From contig OY970061.1 in the NCBI GenBank assembly GCA_963705255.1, positions 320,001 to 384,000 of the forward strand: a stretch of DNA of 64,000 nucleotides, read 5' to 3'. Both the position numbers and the translations under genes were made by a program. This document shows positions 41,743 through 52,957 of this stretch, one piece after another. Origin of the DNA: an uncultured Methanoregulaceae archaeon. Its GTDB lineage: Archaea > Halobacteriota > Methanomicrobia > Methanomicrobiales > Methanospirillaceae. The notes beneath the pieces were generated by a model that worked only from the letters and a program-made list of their open reading frames with translations, was not told where the DNA came from and did no database searches. Position 1 is the stretch's first letter. Each line of letters starts with the position of its first letter.

Positions 41743-41993
41743 TATGCGGTTTTGATCCGACTGCCCGTTCGTCCGGAGGGGGTCGCCGATAAAGTCCTTT
41801 ATGGTGCCGGAGCCGCACCGGAATTCGTTGCCGGACCGAGTGCGGTCGTTGTATCGTGCCTGTGTCCGATTTTTGATACCGGGCGCTTTCGGGACGCTGT
41901 ATCTGTCCGGGAATACGGGCGATATGATTTTAATGATATAAAGGCTATCCATCAACAGGGACATTATCTGACAATCGATGGAGGGTTTTTATT

Positions 41994-42356
41994 ATGGTTA
42001 CAGTTCTGGTCATTGACGATTCGTCATTTCAGCGGAAAATTCTTGACGGCATCCTGACTGAAAGCGGATACAAGGTCATTCATTCCGAAAACGGAAAAGA
42101 CGGAATCGAACGGGTGGAAAAGGAACAGCCGGATCTCATCATCACGGACCTTCTCATGCCGGTACATGACGGTTACTGGGTACTTGAACAGTTGAATGCC
42201 AGGGGATGCACCACGCCCGTTATTATCGTTACTTCTGATATCCAGAAGACTACCGAGAAGCGGTGCAGGGATCTTGGTGTCGCGGCATTCATGAATAAAC
42301 CGGTTGAAAAGAACCAGGTGATCTCGACGGTCAAGGACGCGCTCAAGAGGTCGTGA
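41994..42356 (+). CDS. Single-domain response regulator (CheY-like)
   Basis: VIDD, DLLMP, T, KP. Confidence 0.93.
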   Translation: MVTVLVIDDSSFQRKILDGILTESGYKVIHSENGKDGIERVEKEQPDLIITDLLMPVHDGYWVLEQLNARGCTTPVIIVTSDIQKTTEKRCRDLGVAAFMNKPVEKNQVISTVKDALKRS

Positions 42357-42967
42357 TTCGGATGGATATCGATAAGGAATCGCTTGACGCAATAACGGAA
42401 ATCATCAACATCGGCGTAGGGCGATCGGCATCCCTCCTGAATCAGATGACCAATTCCAATATCCGGCTCAGGGTTCCGAAAATTTTCGTGATCCGGTTCA
42501 AAGACCTTGCGGATACGAACGCAAGTCTCTTTGGCGGGGAAGTGCTGTCAACGGTCATGCTGGAGTTCCAGGGAAATTTTTCCGGAGTGACCGCAATCCT
42601 GTTCCCTCCCGAGAGTGCGGCCGCCCTCGTGACGCTCCTTTCCGGTGAGAATGACCCCGTGGCTGAGATGGACGCGATCCGGGTGGAAACCCTCAAGGAA
42701 GTGGGGAACATCATCATCAACTCAGTCATGGGCTCGATATCAAATGTGCTTTCACAGCACCTCTCCTTTACCCTTCCGGTATATTACGAGGGAAAACTCT
42801 CATCGATTACCGCGACCCGTCATACGATTGAGGATGACGATTATGTCATCGTTGCCCACACCCAGTTCCTGATAGAATCGAGGAACATTGAAGGGAAAAT
42901 TCTTCTGCTGCTCGAGGTAGGGTCTCTGGAGCATCTTGTTGAGAGCATCCAGGGAGCGTACATTTAG
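42353..42967 (+). CDS. cheC: CheC-like phosphatase
   Basis: EIINIG and EVGNII (E-x-x-N motifs). Confidence 0.88.
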   Translation: MIRMDIDKESLDAITEIINIGVGRSASLLNQMTNSNIRLRVPKIFVIRFKDLADTNASLFGGEVLSTVMLEFQGNFSGVTAILFPPESAAALVTLLSGENDPVAEMDAIRVETLKEVGNIIINSVMGSISNVLSQHLSFTLPVYYEGKLSSITATRHTIEDDDYVIVAHTQFLIESRNIEGKILLLLEVGSLEHLVESIQGAYI

Positions 42968-42977
42968 AGGATTTTTC

Positions 42978-44117
42978 ATGAGAGGTCCGGCAATAAGCGC
43001 TGAATGTCTCCCCCTGTTTGATCAGCTTCCGTTCGGGCTCATCCTTCTGCGAAAAGATTTATCGATCCGTTTCTGGAACCGGTTCCTTGAGGAATGGACC
43101 GGCATAAAAAAAGAGGATATCGAAGGAAAAAACCTTATTGAGCAGTATCCCGAGCTCAATCAGGCATCGGTCATCGCGCGGTTTCCCGAGGTGTTCGATG
43201 GGGGGTCGCCGGTCTTTTTATCTTCCCAGTTTCACCCCCACCTCATCCCGTCTTCGCTCCCTGACGGCACCCAGCGGGTCCAGAAAGGATCCGTTATACC
43301 TGTCTGTTTCGAAAACGAGATACATGCAATTCTGGTTATTGAAGATGTCACGGATCTTTTCAGGCAGGTTACCGCGTACCGGAAGATGCGGGATATAGCC
43401 AAGCAGGAACTCGCGGACCGGAAGGAAGCAGAGGAAGCTCTCAGGATAGCAAATACCAAGCTGAGCCTCTTTTCTGATATAACGCTCCTTGACATCAAGA
43501 ACCAGCTTGCCATATCCATGGGTTTCGTCTCTCTCATCGACAAGGTTCGCGACAATCAGGTCGCGATCAGTTCGACTACCTCACGGATCAAGGATCAGCT
43601 GGCAAATATTGAAAAATCCATTGAGCTGATGCGGGAATATGAGAAGCTGGGAATGCAGCCGCCCCGCTGGTATGCGATGGAGGAGGTGCTCATGCATTCC
43701 TCTCTGCTCGCACAGTTTTTCAAAACGGACGCAGATCCGTCGATTGCAGGTCTGGAGATCTTCAGCGCCCCGCTTTTCGAACATGTCCTCGCCAATCTCC
43801 TGGAGAATGCGCAGGAGCACGGGAAGACCGTCACCCGGCTGAAGATCTCGTTCCGGATCGATCATGAATCCGGGATTCTTTCTCTGGAGGATGACGGGAA
43901 CGGTGTGCCCGGTGACCGGAAAAAAGCCATCTTCATGAAAGGATATGGGAAAAAGACAAGACTCGGGCTCTATGTTTCACGCGAGATCCTTGCCATGACC
44001 GGCATCACGATAGAAGAGACGGGAGAGGAAGGAAAAGGGGCCAGGTTCGAGATCAGGATACCGGAGGGAGGATACCGGTTCGCTCCCGCTTCCACGTGCA
44101 AAACCCGGATGGAGTGA
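42978..44117 (+). CDS. PAS + histidine kinase-like protein lacking the H-box His
   Basis: PAS; ITLLDIKNQL in place of ITRHD; NLLENA, DDGNG, LGL, GARF. Confidence 0.88.
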   Translation: MRGPAISAECLPLFDQLPFGLILLRKDLSIRFWNRFLEEWTGIKKEDIEGKNLIEQYPELNQASVIARFPEVFDGGSPVFLSSQFHPHLIPSSLPDGTQRVQKGSVIPVCFENEIHAILVIEDVTDLFRQVTAYRKMRDIAKQELADRKEAEEALRIANTKLSLFSDITLLDIKNQLAISMGFVSLIDKVRDNQVAISSTTSRIKDQLANIEKSIELMREYEKLGMQPPRWYAMEEVLMHSSLLAQFFKTDADPSIAGLEIFSAPLFEHVLANLLENAQEHGKTVTRLKISFRIDHESGILSLEDDGNGVPGDRKKAIFMKGYGKKTRLGLYVSREILAMTGITIEETGEEGKGARFEIRIPEGGYRFAPASTCKTRME

Positions 44118-44294
44118 TCCCCGCGTCATGTCCATCCGGTGACGCGGAGACAATCAGGATTATTCTGGAGAGATCCCCGGGGTTCAACGGTTTGGGCCGG
44201 TCATCGCCAGGGCTGCGGCCGTTCTATGCCACCTGTCTGCTAACATAGCTTCAACATGTCAGCCATCATCGATAGTACGTACGTAGTTGGTTGA

Positions 44295-44636
44295 ATGAGT
44301 GGTTTTCATAAGAAAAATAATGAAGCAGCAGTGGATCTGAATGCAGTGAACCCCGATGGCACTCCCGTAGCACGCGTGCGGCTGCCCAAGAAATGGAACA
44401 GAGAGCAGTTCGCCCTTGCCGAGACGATGCTGGGGGCAAACCATATCCGGGTCCAGTGCATGGACGGGGTCACCCGCATGGGGAGGATCAAGGGAAAGAT
44501 CAAGAAACGGGCCTGGATAAGGGAAGGCGACACCGTGCTCGTCATACCTTGGAGTTTCCAGGACGAAAAGTGCGATATTATTTACCGGTACCTCAAACCG
44601 CAGACAGACTGGCTGCGGAAAAACCGGTACCTCTAA
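44295..44636 (+). CDS. eif1a: Translation initiation factor aIF-1A
   Basis: MLGANHIRVQCMDGVTRMGRIKGKIKKRAWIREGD...PWSFQDEKCDIIYRY. Confidence 0.96.
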   Translation: MSGFHKKNNEAAVDLNAVNPDGTPVARVRLPKKWNREQFALAETMLGANHIRVQCMDGVTRMGRIKGKIKKRAWIREGDTVLVIPWSFQDEKCDIIYRYLKPQTDWLRKNRYL

Positions 44637-44654
44637 CGGGTATTTTTTTGTGCG

Positions 44655-44798
44655 TCGAGTCCGTCAGGACGAGACGGGGAGAAGAACGAAGTTCTTCGAC
44701 TACCGAGCTGTAAGCTGGCCTGGAGAGGATCTGAGGTCTTCGGCATTTCGAGTTCATCAGAACGAGACGAGGAGAAGACCGCAGGTCTTCGACTGCCG
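44655..44798 (+). repeat. Cluster of three family B hairpin elements between convergent genes
   Basis: gtcc-gtca-ggac...ggagaagaac-gaa-gttcttcgact; ggagaggatc-tga-ggtcttc; gttc-atca-gaac...ggagaagacc-gca-ggtcttcgact. Confidence 0.8.
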
Positions 44799-44854
44799 GA
44801 ATCCGGGCAGATCCCATCGGTCCCCCAACCCCGGTTGTGTTTAAAAAAACATTG

Positions 44855-45670
44855 TCAAATATTCGGAATGCTCCCCCCCTGGACCTGGAAGGAATTGAAC
44901 ATATCCTCTGCAGTGTTGAAATACTCCTCATATTGATCCACCTCTCCGGAATAAGGTTTGTGTGCATGGAAGATCAGGACAAACGCTGTGTTGTTGATGA
45001 TCGTATATGCCCGCAGAACCCTGATATCGGTGGTATCCGTTGTCAGGTGATAGCCGAGCCGGTCGGCCAGCTGGCCTGACAACTCGACCCTTGCATAGGG
45101 AGCCGTGACTTCGATGGGATAATTGGTTGCGATCCATGCGACGTCCTTGGTATAGTACTGATCGAGTTTCGTTGTGGAGGGAGTGGGATCGACTTCTACG
45201 TGCATCTCTGTTCTCACGTTCACGCAGCGTGCTTCAATGCACCGGGTGATCCCCGGGGAATAAAACTCCACGACATCAATTTTTGACTCAAACCCCGGTG
45301 GTGAGGCAGGATCCGATGGGTTTGCCACGGGTGCATCGTTCATCTGCCAGTCAGACGGATAATTGATACTGAAACTATAGACCGGATTTGTATACGTGAG
45401 ATACGAAGTCGCCGGTTGCGGGGAAGGAACTGCCTGCCCCGGTGAGGTTCCCGCCGCGACCGTTGCGGTATATACGGGGATCGTTGTCTGGGTTTCTGTT
45501 GTCGCGGGCTCCGCAGGGGTTGCAGGTGTCAGTACCGGTGTGGTTTGAGCCGGGGCGGCATTCTGTGCAGGACCGCCCTGCTGCATGCACGCCGCCGTTA
45601 ATAACAGGGCACACAGAATCGCGATGAGGGTGACTATCATTCTGTTTGAGAGATGGGATGACAATTCCAT
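44855..45670 (-). CDS. PsbP-like exported lipoprotein
   Basis: TAAC lipobox-like; YTNPVYSFSINYPSDW; MFNSF. Confidence 0.78.
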   Translation of the reverse strand: MELSSHLSNRMIVTLIAILCALLLTAACMQQGGPAQNAAPAQTTPVLTPATPAEPATTETQTTIPVYTATVAAGTSPGQAVPSPQPATSYLTYTNPVYSFSINYPSDWQMNDAPVANPSDPASPPGFESKIDVVEFYSPGITRCIEARCVNVRTEMHVEVDPTPSTTKLDQYYTKDVAWIATNYPIEVTAPYARVELSGQLADRLGYHLTTDTTDIRVLRAYTIINNTAFVLIFHAHKPYSGEVDQYEEYFNTAEDMFNSFQVQGGSIPNI

Positions 45671-46086
45671 AGTATTCTGTCATTATGCTGACACGTATAA
45701 AAATTGGCTCTTCTCTGTTTCGCGGGGGTAAATCCATGCTATCCAATAAAGAAAACGGGTTTCTTCTCATGTTCGTGTAATCATACATCAATTGAATATC
45801 CCCAGAATTGGGTTCAGAATTGCCTATAGGACATTATTCGCGAGATGCGATACCATCATATCCACGGGTTTGGAGGCTGATCCTCCATCAATTCAACGTT
45901 GATTTAAGAGGAGTTACCAACACAGAACAGCGATGAGCCGAAAGATGAGATAAGTTGTGGATGGAATACTATCAGAGTACCCAAAAATGCCCGCCCGGCA
46001 CGATATCGCCGTCAGCCTCTTTCATTCTGCGGTCCCGGTCGCCGATTTCCACGCTACATTCTCTCCTTTGCCCTGGTGCCGGGTAT

Positions 46087-46503
46087 CTAGTGATTTCCGA
46101 TTCCTCCTTTCTTGAGGAGATAATACCCCGAGCAGAGAACGAAGATGATCGCGGCAGTCCCGAACATATTCAACGGGTTCGCGGTGCCGGCATCCAGCAG
46201 GATGACTCCCCGGGCAACTGCGATGATCGCAATTTCTATCACGATCTCGACATGGATCACCTTTTCGTTGATGTAGGCCGATATCGTTGCCAGGAGCTCC
46301 ACACCTATCAGGACCAGAAGGAAATACCCGAAAATATCCAACAGTTCATGATTCTGAAGAAGAAACGGGGTGTTTACAAAAAGGGCTACATATAAAATGT
46401 ACGCGAGTTCGCCTATCGAGAATGCGACAATGATCGCGAAGAGGACGATGAGGATGAGATACACGATCTTCTCGTATTTTTTCAGAATATCGGTAAGGTC
46501 CAT
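46087..46503 (-). CDS. PsiE-like membrane protein
   Basis: LLVLIGVELL...IAIIAVARGVI. Confidence 0.85.
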   Translation of the reverse strand: MDLTDILKKYEKIVYLILIVLFAIIVAFSIGELAYILYVALFVNTPFLLQNHELLDIFGYFLLVLIGVELLATISAYINEKVIHVEIVIEIAIIAVARGVILLDAGTANPLNMFGTAAIIFVLCSGYYLLKKGGIGNH

Positions 46504-46880
46504 AGTAGCATTTGATCAAACCATTGATTTATAGGCTCTGAAAAAAACTCCGGCTCATGCAGTGTTCCTGTGGACCCCCGGAACGGCCCATCGCAGACAG
46601 GAGACGCCACAACGACGGAGCCGGTGACTCCCGTGCTGCCGTCGCGTTCCTCCCTTCCGCCCCTTCCTGCAATCCCTGCTTTTGGACCTACATTCATTGT
46701 TCCTGTTGCCGGAAAGAGGCGGTAATCCAGGTTTTTTCCTGCAGGAACGGAATTTTCGTATCCGGTCCGGGGCCCGAAACGGACTGACAGCGTGATTCAC
46801 ACGGATCGAAAGGCTGCTAACAACCATTCCGCGGAGCCGCGGGGAGCTCTGCCGCGTGATCGGTGAAAAAAGAAGGAGAG

Positions 46881-48057
46881 TTACTGTTTCTTATTCCCGG
46901 ACAGGACCGCTGCCCCGCAGATCCCGATCGCCACCAGGGCGGCAAACCCGGTGAGCCCGGCCTTTGTTGTCGGCGGGACGGTTGTCGGGGTGACCGTTGT
47001 CGGGACGTTTGCCGGGTTGACGGTCGCCCCCGGTGCGGCAGGCTGGAGAAGAGCGTTCACCTCTACGGTCTGGCCGGGAGCCACGGAGACCTGCAGGGAA
47101 TACGGCTGGTAACCGGAAGTAATCACGGTGATCGTGTGCCGGGTGTTTGCAAGGACATTGGAAAACTGCGTGCTCCCGATGCTGTCCCGTACCCCGACGT
47201 TCGCGTCACACTGTGCGCCGTCAAGGCATACCGTGCCGCCGCCCGGGGTTACAAAGACCTGGATGTTGCCGGTCGGGTTGATGAGCGGCTGGAGGACCGC
47301 ATTCACTTCATTGACCTGATCCGGTTGGTACGTAGACCTCGGTGGTGAACGGCTGATAACCGTTTTCCGCAACGGTGATCGTGTGGTAGCCATTCGCTGA
47401 CACGCCGCTGTACTGGTAACTTCCCGTGCCGGACGCCGTTCCCACGCCGGCCTGGCACTGGCCGCTGTCAAGGCAGATCGTCCCCCCGCCCGGGGTGATG
47501 TAGACCTGGAGACTGCCGGTCGCAGGCTGGGGCTTCTGGAGGACTGCATTGACTACGGTGGTCTCCTGCGCGATCACCATAACGTTCTCGTAATCGGTCT
47601 GGTACCCGGGTGAAGAGATGGTGAGCGAGTGGTAGGTACCATCGGAAAGCCAGTCGAAGGTCGCCGGGGTCGTCTGGCAGTTTCCGCCGTCAACACACGC
47701 GGTGGCGCCGGAGGGGGTCGAGTAGAGCTGGATGCTGCCCGTTGTGACCGGAACCGGCTGCAGGTAGGCATTGACCACATCGGTTGCCTGTGCAGTCACC
47801 AGGACGTTCTCCGTGTACGTCTGGTACCCGTTCAGGTAGATGGTGACGGTGTGATAGGTGTTCGAGGTCAGCCCGTCGAAAGTCGCCGGGGTATACTGGC
47901 AGTTTCCGCCATCCACGCATGCGTAAGCGCTCGTGGGTGTGGAGTATACCTGGATGCCGCCGGGCGGTGCGAGTGCGGCCGCCGGTACGGTTATAAGGCT
48001 TATGAGGATCAGTGCGGCGAGCGCCGCAAAAAATATATGACGTTGCTGGATTGTCAT
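46881..48057 (-). CDS. Multi-PEGA surface protein with C-terminal anchor (frameshift near 47310)
   Basis: Four repeats (YSTP.GA.ACVDG...TP...H..TI...GYQ), Thr-rich linker, TM + KK. Confidence 0.88.
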
Positions 48058-48307
48058 AATGCAAATGTGGTGAGAGAACGGGGATAAGGGTTTTGGAGCC
48101 TGATGGGACCGTTACGGTCTCTTTGGTGAAGAGCAGGCAGAATACGACCCGATAGAATTTCTCCTGAGGGGTATCCGGGATAATGGTTCCATCTGCCTTT
48201 TTCAGGGCCTGGAGAACCAGAGATGAACCGATCGGGTTCACCCCGGAACTATGAAAATCGTTCAGGTACGAGAGCTCCCCGCCTCAGGCCCTCTCCAAGG
48301 AGGCATC

Positions 48308-48358
48308 GTCGCTTCAGCGAGGATTGGCTGGAGAAGAATCCGCAAGGATTCTTCGACT
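48308..48358 (+). repeat. Family B hairpin element
   Basis: tcgc-ttca-gcga ... ggagaagaatcc-gcaa-ggattcttcgact. Confidence 0.75.
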
Positions 48359-48484
48359 TGCTTCATCCTGTACAGATGAAACAGAGGAAGTTTGGAAAAA
48401 CTTCCTCTGGTGGAATCTCGTGAAAGATGAGGCACGGCAGGGCAGGGAGGTTGAACCGCAGGGAAATGGAGACGGGCCCGGAGT

Positions 48485-49591
48485 TCACCGGCAGGTGGTA
48501 TCGATGGATATCACGGCAACCGCGGTGACAGCCTCTCCTTCCTGGTCGAATATGGGGTACAGCTTCCGGAGGAACGATTTGCCGTTGCGGGTATACGTAT
48601 CTTCAAAGGCCTCACGGGTTTCGATGACCTGCCTGAGGTGATCGGTGAAGATCCGGGTCTCCTCGGGGGTGTGGAACTCACTGTAGTGCCGCATCTTGTA
48701 TGCGTCCCCGTTGACGGCGATACGGCGCTTGTGGTGCGTGTTCATGAACAGGTACCGCCCTTCCGGGTCGACCGTGTAAATGGAATCCTGGGTAGCTTCC
48801 ACAAGGATGCTGTAGTTCTCGTCCGCGAACCGCAGCGCTTCTTCTATCTTTTTCCGGCCTGTCGCTTCGGCCGATATGACGGTGACGGCAAACACCCGCT
48901 CGAGCGTCTCGTTCCGGACCGGGCTCAGCCGCCTGATAAACCAGCGGCCTTCCCGCTTGTACTCGTCCTGCACGGACTTGCCGGACTCGATGCTCTCCTT
49001 AACCGATCGCGCAAACCTCTCCGTCTCTGCCTTCGTATGGAAGTCCGCATAGTCGCGCCCTTCGTAGTTGCCATCCGTTATCCCGAGACGGCGCTGATGG
49101 TAGGCGTTCATGAAGAGATACCGGCAGTTCTTGTCCACCAAGTAGATGGAGTCGTCGATTGCTTCGACGATGGTCCGGTGGTTGATCTCGGAGCGGATGA
49201 GCGCGTCCTCCACGCGCTTGCGCCTCACGGCCTGATGCACCATGTTGCGGAGTTCGGCGTACTGGGTGACCGGGTCTCCGCTCTTCTGGAGATAGAAGTC
49301 GGCCCCGGTGTTCAGCGCTTTGATGACGATCTCTTCCCGGCTCTTGCCGGTAAAGATGATGAACGGCTTGTCGATCGCGCGTTTCATGAACTCTGTAAGG
49401 AACTCTATCCCGTCCATGCCACGCATCTGGTAATCGGAGACGACCGCATCGTACTTCCGTTCCTTGAGCAGGACAAGGGCTTCCTCGGCGGATGCCGCGG
49501 TATCGACAAGAAGGTCTCCATCTTTTTCAAGAAAAAGGCGGGCGATCTCGAGCAGATCCGGCTGATCGTCAACGAGAAGGATCTTTATCAT
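48485..49591 (-). CDS. Response regulator REC-PAS-PAS
   Basis: ILLVDD, SDYQM, GADFYLQK, two PAS domains, no output domain. Confidence 0.92.
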   Translation of the reverse strand: MIKILLVDDQPDLLEIARLFLEKDGDLLVDTAASAEEALVLLKERKYDAVVSDYQMRGMDGIEFLTEFMKRAIDKPFIIFTGKSREEIVIKALNTGADFYLQKSGDPVTQYAELRNMVHQAVRRKRVEDALIRSEINHRTIVEAIDDSIYLVDKNCRYLFMNAYHQRRLGITDGNYEGRDYADFHTKAETERFARSVKESIESGKSVQDEYKREGRWFIRRLSPVRNETLERVFAVTVISAEATGRKKIEEALRFADENYSILVEATQDSIYTVDPEGRYLFMNTHHKRRIAVNGDAYKMRHYSEFHTPEETRIFTDHLRQVIETREAFEDTYTRNGKSFLRKLYPIFDQEGEAVTAVAVISIDTTCR

Positions 49592-49807
49592 GGCGGTCTT
49601 ATCCTGACCCGGTTCCGGGAGTTGTCCGGTCGGGAACCGGGTGCTGTCTGAACCCATCAGGCCGACGGATTTTAATTCTATCCGGACAGCTTAATTCCGG
49701 CTTGCTATACACACCCAAATTATTTAATCCTATTATATTGTGGCCCGGCTCAGGAACAGGTCTGACCAGGATCCCGGAGCAAGGTTCGCCGTGAGATATG
49801 AGCAGGT

Positions 49808-51529
49808 GTGTTTATACCTGACGGTACCCTAATGACTTCTCTGATGAGGGATCCGATCGAAATTACGCCGCCTGGCCAGAAGCTCTTTGTTGTTTTTATC
49901 GCTACCTTTGCCACCATGTCGGTGTATGAATCCGTCAGCCCGTTTGTTATTACAACCGTCCCGGACTGGCGGTCCAATCTCCTGACGATCGTATTTACGA
50001 GTGTTGTGGCCGTCATCATCGCCTTCTTTCCCCTCAGCTCATTCCACAGGCAGTACGAACGGTCTCTTGCCGAGATGGAAAAACGCACGGCCCTTGAGCG
50101 CGAGTTACGGCAGAACGAGATCAAGTTCCGGGAGATGTTCAATCATGCCAATGACGCAGTACTCATCCATGAGATCTCCCCCGCCGGGCCCGGGCGGTTC
50201 ATCGAAGTCAACGACCAGGCGTGCCGCATGCTGGGGTATACCCGTGAAGAGCTGCTCCGGTTGCGTGTTCAGGATATCGATGCTCCCGAACAGCAGGAGA
50301 ATGTGTCCGCCATCAAGGAGAAACTCTTCAGGGAGAAGAACCTCATCTTCCGCGCCGAGCACCTGACCAAAGACCGTCGCAGGATCCCGGTGGAGGTGAG
50401 CAACCGGCTGATCGAACTCGACGGGCAGACCGTCGTCATGTCCATTGTGCGGGACATTGCCGAATGCAGGTCGGCAGAGGAGGCACTCCGGGAGAGCGAG
50501 ATAAAATTCCGCGGGATCTTCGATGCTGCAAACGACGGCATCCAGTTCCACGATGTCCTGGAGGACGGGAGTCCCGGGCAGTTTATCGACGTGAACGATG
50601 TCGCCTGCAGGATGGTCGGGTATACCCGCAACGAGATGCTCACCATGAGCCCGCTCGAGATTACCACCGGCTACCACAACCGCCCGCTTCCGGAGATCCT
50701 CCGTGAACTCAGCCAGGGACATGCCACCTTCGAGACCGAGCACCGGAGGAAAGACGGGACCACCGTACCGGTCGAGATCAATGCGCACACCATCCTTTAC
50801 CAGGGTAAGAAGCGGGTGATCTCCATTGTCCGCGACATCACCGAGAGGAAACGGACTCAGGACGCGCTGCTCCTCTCCAACCGGAAGCTCAACCTCCTCT
50901 CGAGCATCACCCGCCACGATATCCGCAACCAGATCACCGCGCTCCAGGCCTACATCGAGTTGTCGAAGGAGTCCGTGACCGATCCGGTCGAGCTCGCCCG
51001 CATCGGCCATGAGTTCCGGATCGCGGAGAAGATCCGTTCCCAGATCGAATTCACCGCCGATTACGAAAACCTCGGGGTGACGTCCCCGGTCTGGCAGGAG
51101 ATCTGCGGGATTGTCACTACTGCCGTGGCGGCGCTCCCGATGGGCGGCGTACGCCTCGACATCAGGCAGGACGGGCTCGAAGTGTTCGGGGATCCTCTTC
51201 TGGAAAAGGTATTTTATAACCTGATCGACAATGCCCTGCGATATGGCGGGGAGCGGCTGACAACCCTCCGGATCGCATCGCGGGAAAACGATGGCGGGCT
51301 TGTCATATCCTTCCACGACGACGGCATGGGGATCCCCGATGCCGACAAGGACCTCCTCTTTACCAAGGGGTTCGGAAAGAACACCGGCCTCGGCCTCTTC
51401 CTCTCCCGGGAGATCCTGTCCATTACCGGCATAACGATCACCGAGAACGGCGTGCCCGGCACAGGGGCCCGTTTCGAGATCACGGTGCCGAAAGGCGCCT
51501 ACCGGTTTTCAGGAAAAACGGACGCCTGA
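49808..51529 (+). CDS. Membrane PAS-PAS histidine kinase
   Basis: Two TM, two PAS, ITRHDIRNQ, NLIDNA, DDGMG, GLGL. Confidence 0.94.
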   Translation: MFIPDGTLMTSLMRDPIEITPPGQKLFVVFIATFATMSVYESVSPFVITTVPDWRSNLLTIVFTSVVAVIIAFFPLSSFHRQYERSLAEMEKRTALERELRQNEIKFREMFNHANDAVLIHEISPAGPGRFIEVNDQACRMLGYTREELLRLRVQDIDAPEQQENVSAIKEKLFREKNLIFRAEHLTKDRRRIPVEVSNRLIELDGQTVVMSIVRDIAECRSAEEALRESEIKFRGIFDAANDGIQFHDVLEDGSPGQFIDVNDVACRMVGYTRNEMLTMSPLEITTGYHNRPLPEILRELSQGHATFETEHRRKDGTTVPVEINAHTILYQGKKRVISIVRDITERKRTQDALLLSNRKLNLLSSITRHDIRNQITALQAYIELSKESVTDPVELARIGHEFRIAEKIRSQIEFTADYENLGVTSPVWQEICGIVTTAVAALPMGGVRLDIRQDGLEVFGDPLLEKVFYNLIDNALRYGGERLTTLRIASRENDGGLVISFHDDGMGIPDADKDLLFTKGFGKNTGLGLFLSREILSITGITITENGVPGTGARFEITVPKGAYRFSGKTDA

Positions 51530-51554
51530 TCCGGAAGTGCACGGCTTCCGGGCC

Positions 51555-52957
51555 TTACGTACTCTCGCCGTTCTCCCGGTACCGTTTTCCGGCAATTTTT
51601 TTCAGTTCGAACAGGGAGTCCGCCTCTTCGGCCGAAAGGATCCCTTTTTCCACGGCAAGGTCGCGGACGGCACGCCGTTTTTCCATGGACTCGCGGGCGA
51701 TCTCTGCAGCCCGCAGGTAGCCGATCTCCGGGGTGAGCAGGGTGGCCAGGATAGGATTCGCACCGGCGTCGGCCCTCATCCGGCCCTCGTGCGCAACGAT
51801 CCCGTCGATGCATCGACGGGAAAAAACCGGAAGATAATTGGTGAAGAGGGAGAGGGACTCCAGGATATTGTGCACCATGACCGGCGTCATGACATTCAGC
51901 TCAAACTGGCCTGCCTGGGCTGCGAGCGCGACCGTAGTGTCATGCCCTATCACCTCGAAGGCAAGCATGTCCACGCATTCCGCCATCACGGGGTTCACCT
52001 TCCCCGGCATGATCGACGAGCCGGGCTGCACTGCGGGGAGGGTGATCTCGTCGAGGCCGGCTGTCGGCCCCGAGCTCATCAGCCTGAGGTCGTTTGCTAT
52101 CCGGATCAGTTCCAGTGCGAGTCCCCTCAGGGCGCCCGAGAAGGCGGCCATCTGGGACCGGCTCTGCAGGGCCTCGAAGCTGTTCCGTGCCGGCGTGAGT
52201 TCAAGCAACGTGAGGAGCGAGAGGGTCCGGATCACGGTAGCCCGGAACTGCGGATGGGCTCCCTCGCCGGTGCCGGTCGCGGTACCCCCGATTGCAACCT
52301 CGAGGAGGTCGTCCCTCCTCTCCCGGATCAACCCCCGGCCCGGCGAATGGCAGCGGCATAGGCGTGAAATTCGTCCCCGAGGGTGACCGGGAGGGCGTCC
52401 ATCAGATGGGTTCTTCCGGTCTTCGGGAGGAAGGCAAACTCGTCACCTTTCCGGGCAAGCGCCGCAGAAAGGCGGTCCAGCTCGCTGATGAGCCGGTCGG
52501 CATCGGTGATGATGGCAAGGTGGGAAGCGGTCGGGAACGTATCATTGGTCGACTGCGCCAGGTTGACATGGTCGTTGGGACTGATGTATTCGTAATCGCC
52601 TTTCCGGTGGCCGAGGATCTCGAGCGCACGGTTGGCGATCACCTCGTTCACGTTCATGTTGAAGGAAGTACCTGCCCCGGCCTGGTAGATGTCGACCGGG
52701 AACTGGTCGGCAAATCTGCCGGACATCAGTTCTTCCGAGGCGTGAACGATTGCCTCACCCCGCTCCCGGTCAAGGATGCCGAGTTCCATGTTTGCGAGCG
52801 CTGCCGCCTTCTTGATGACCGCGTAGGCCCGGACCAGTTCCGGGCGTTCGCGCCTCCCGCTGACCGGGAAGTTCTCCGCAGCCCTCAGGGTCTGGATGCC
52901 GTAATACACCCCGGAGGGTACATCGCGGGTACCGAGTGAATCGCGTTCCTGCCTCAT
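51555..52957 (-). CDS. aspA: Aspartate ammonia-lyase / class II fumarase family (frameshift near 52330)
   Basis: ERDSLG, GAGTSFNMNVNEV, STNDTFPT, KTGRTHLMDA, GSSIMPGKVNP. Confidence 0.9.

Noticed and set aside
44650-44680. Hammerhead ribozyme (gagtccgtcaggacgagac resembles stem II)
   Set aside because: The CUGAnGA and GAAA core nucleotides are missing.
52320-52345. Programmed frameshifting in aspA (and lon)
   Set aside because: No clear slippery heptamer with a downstream structure; sequencing indels are more parsimonious given the window-wide pattern.
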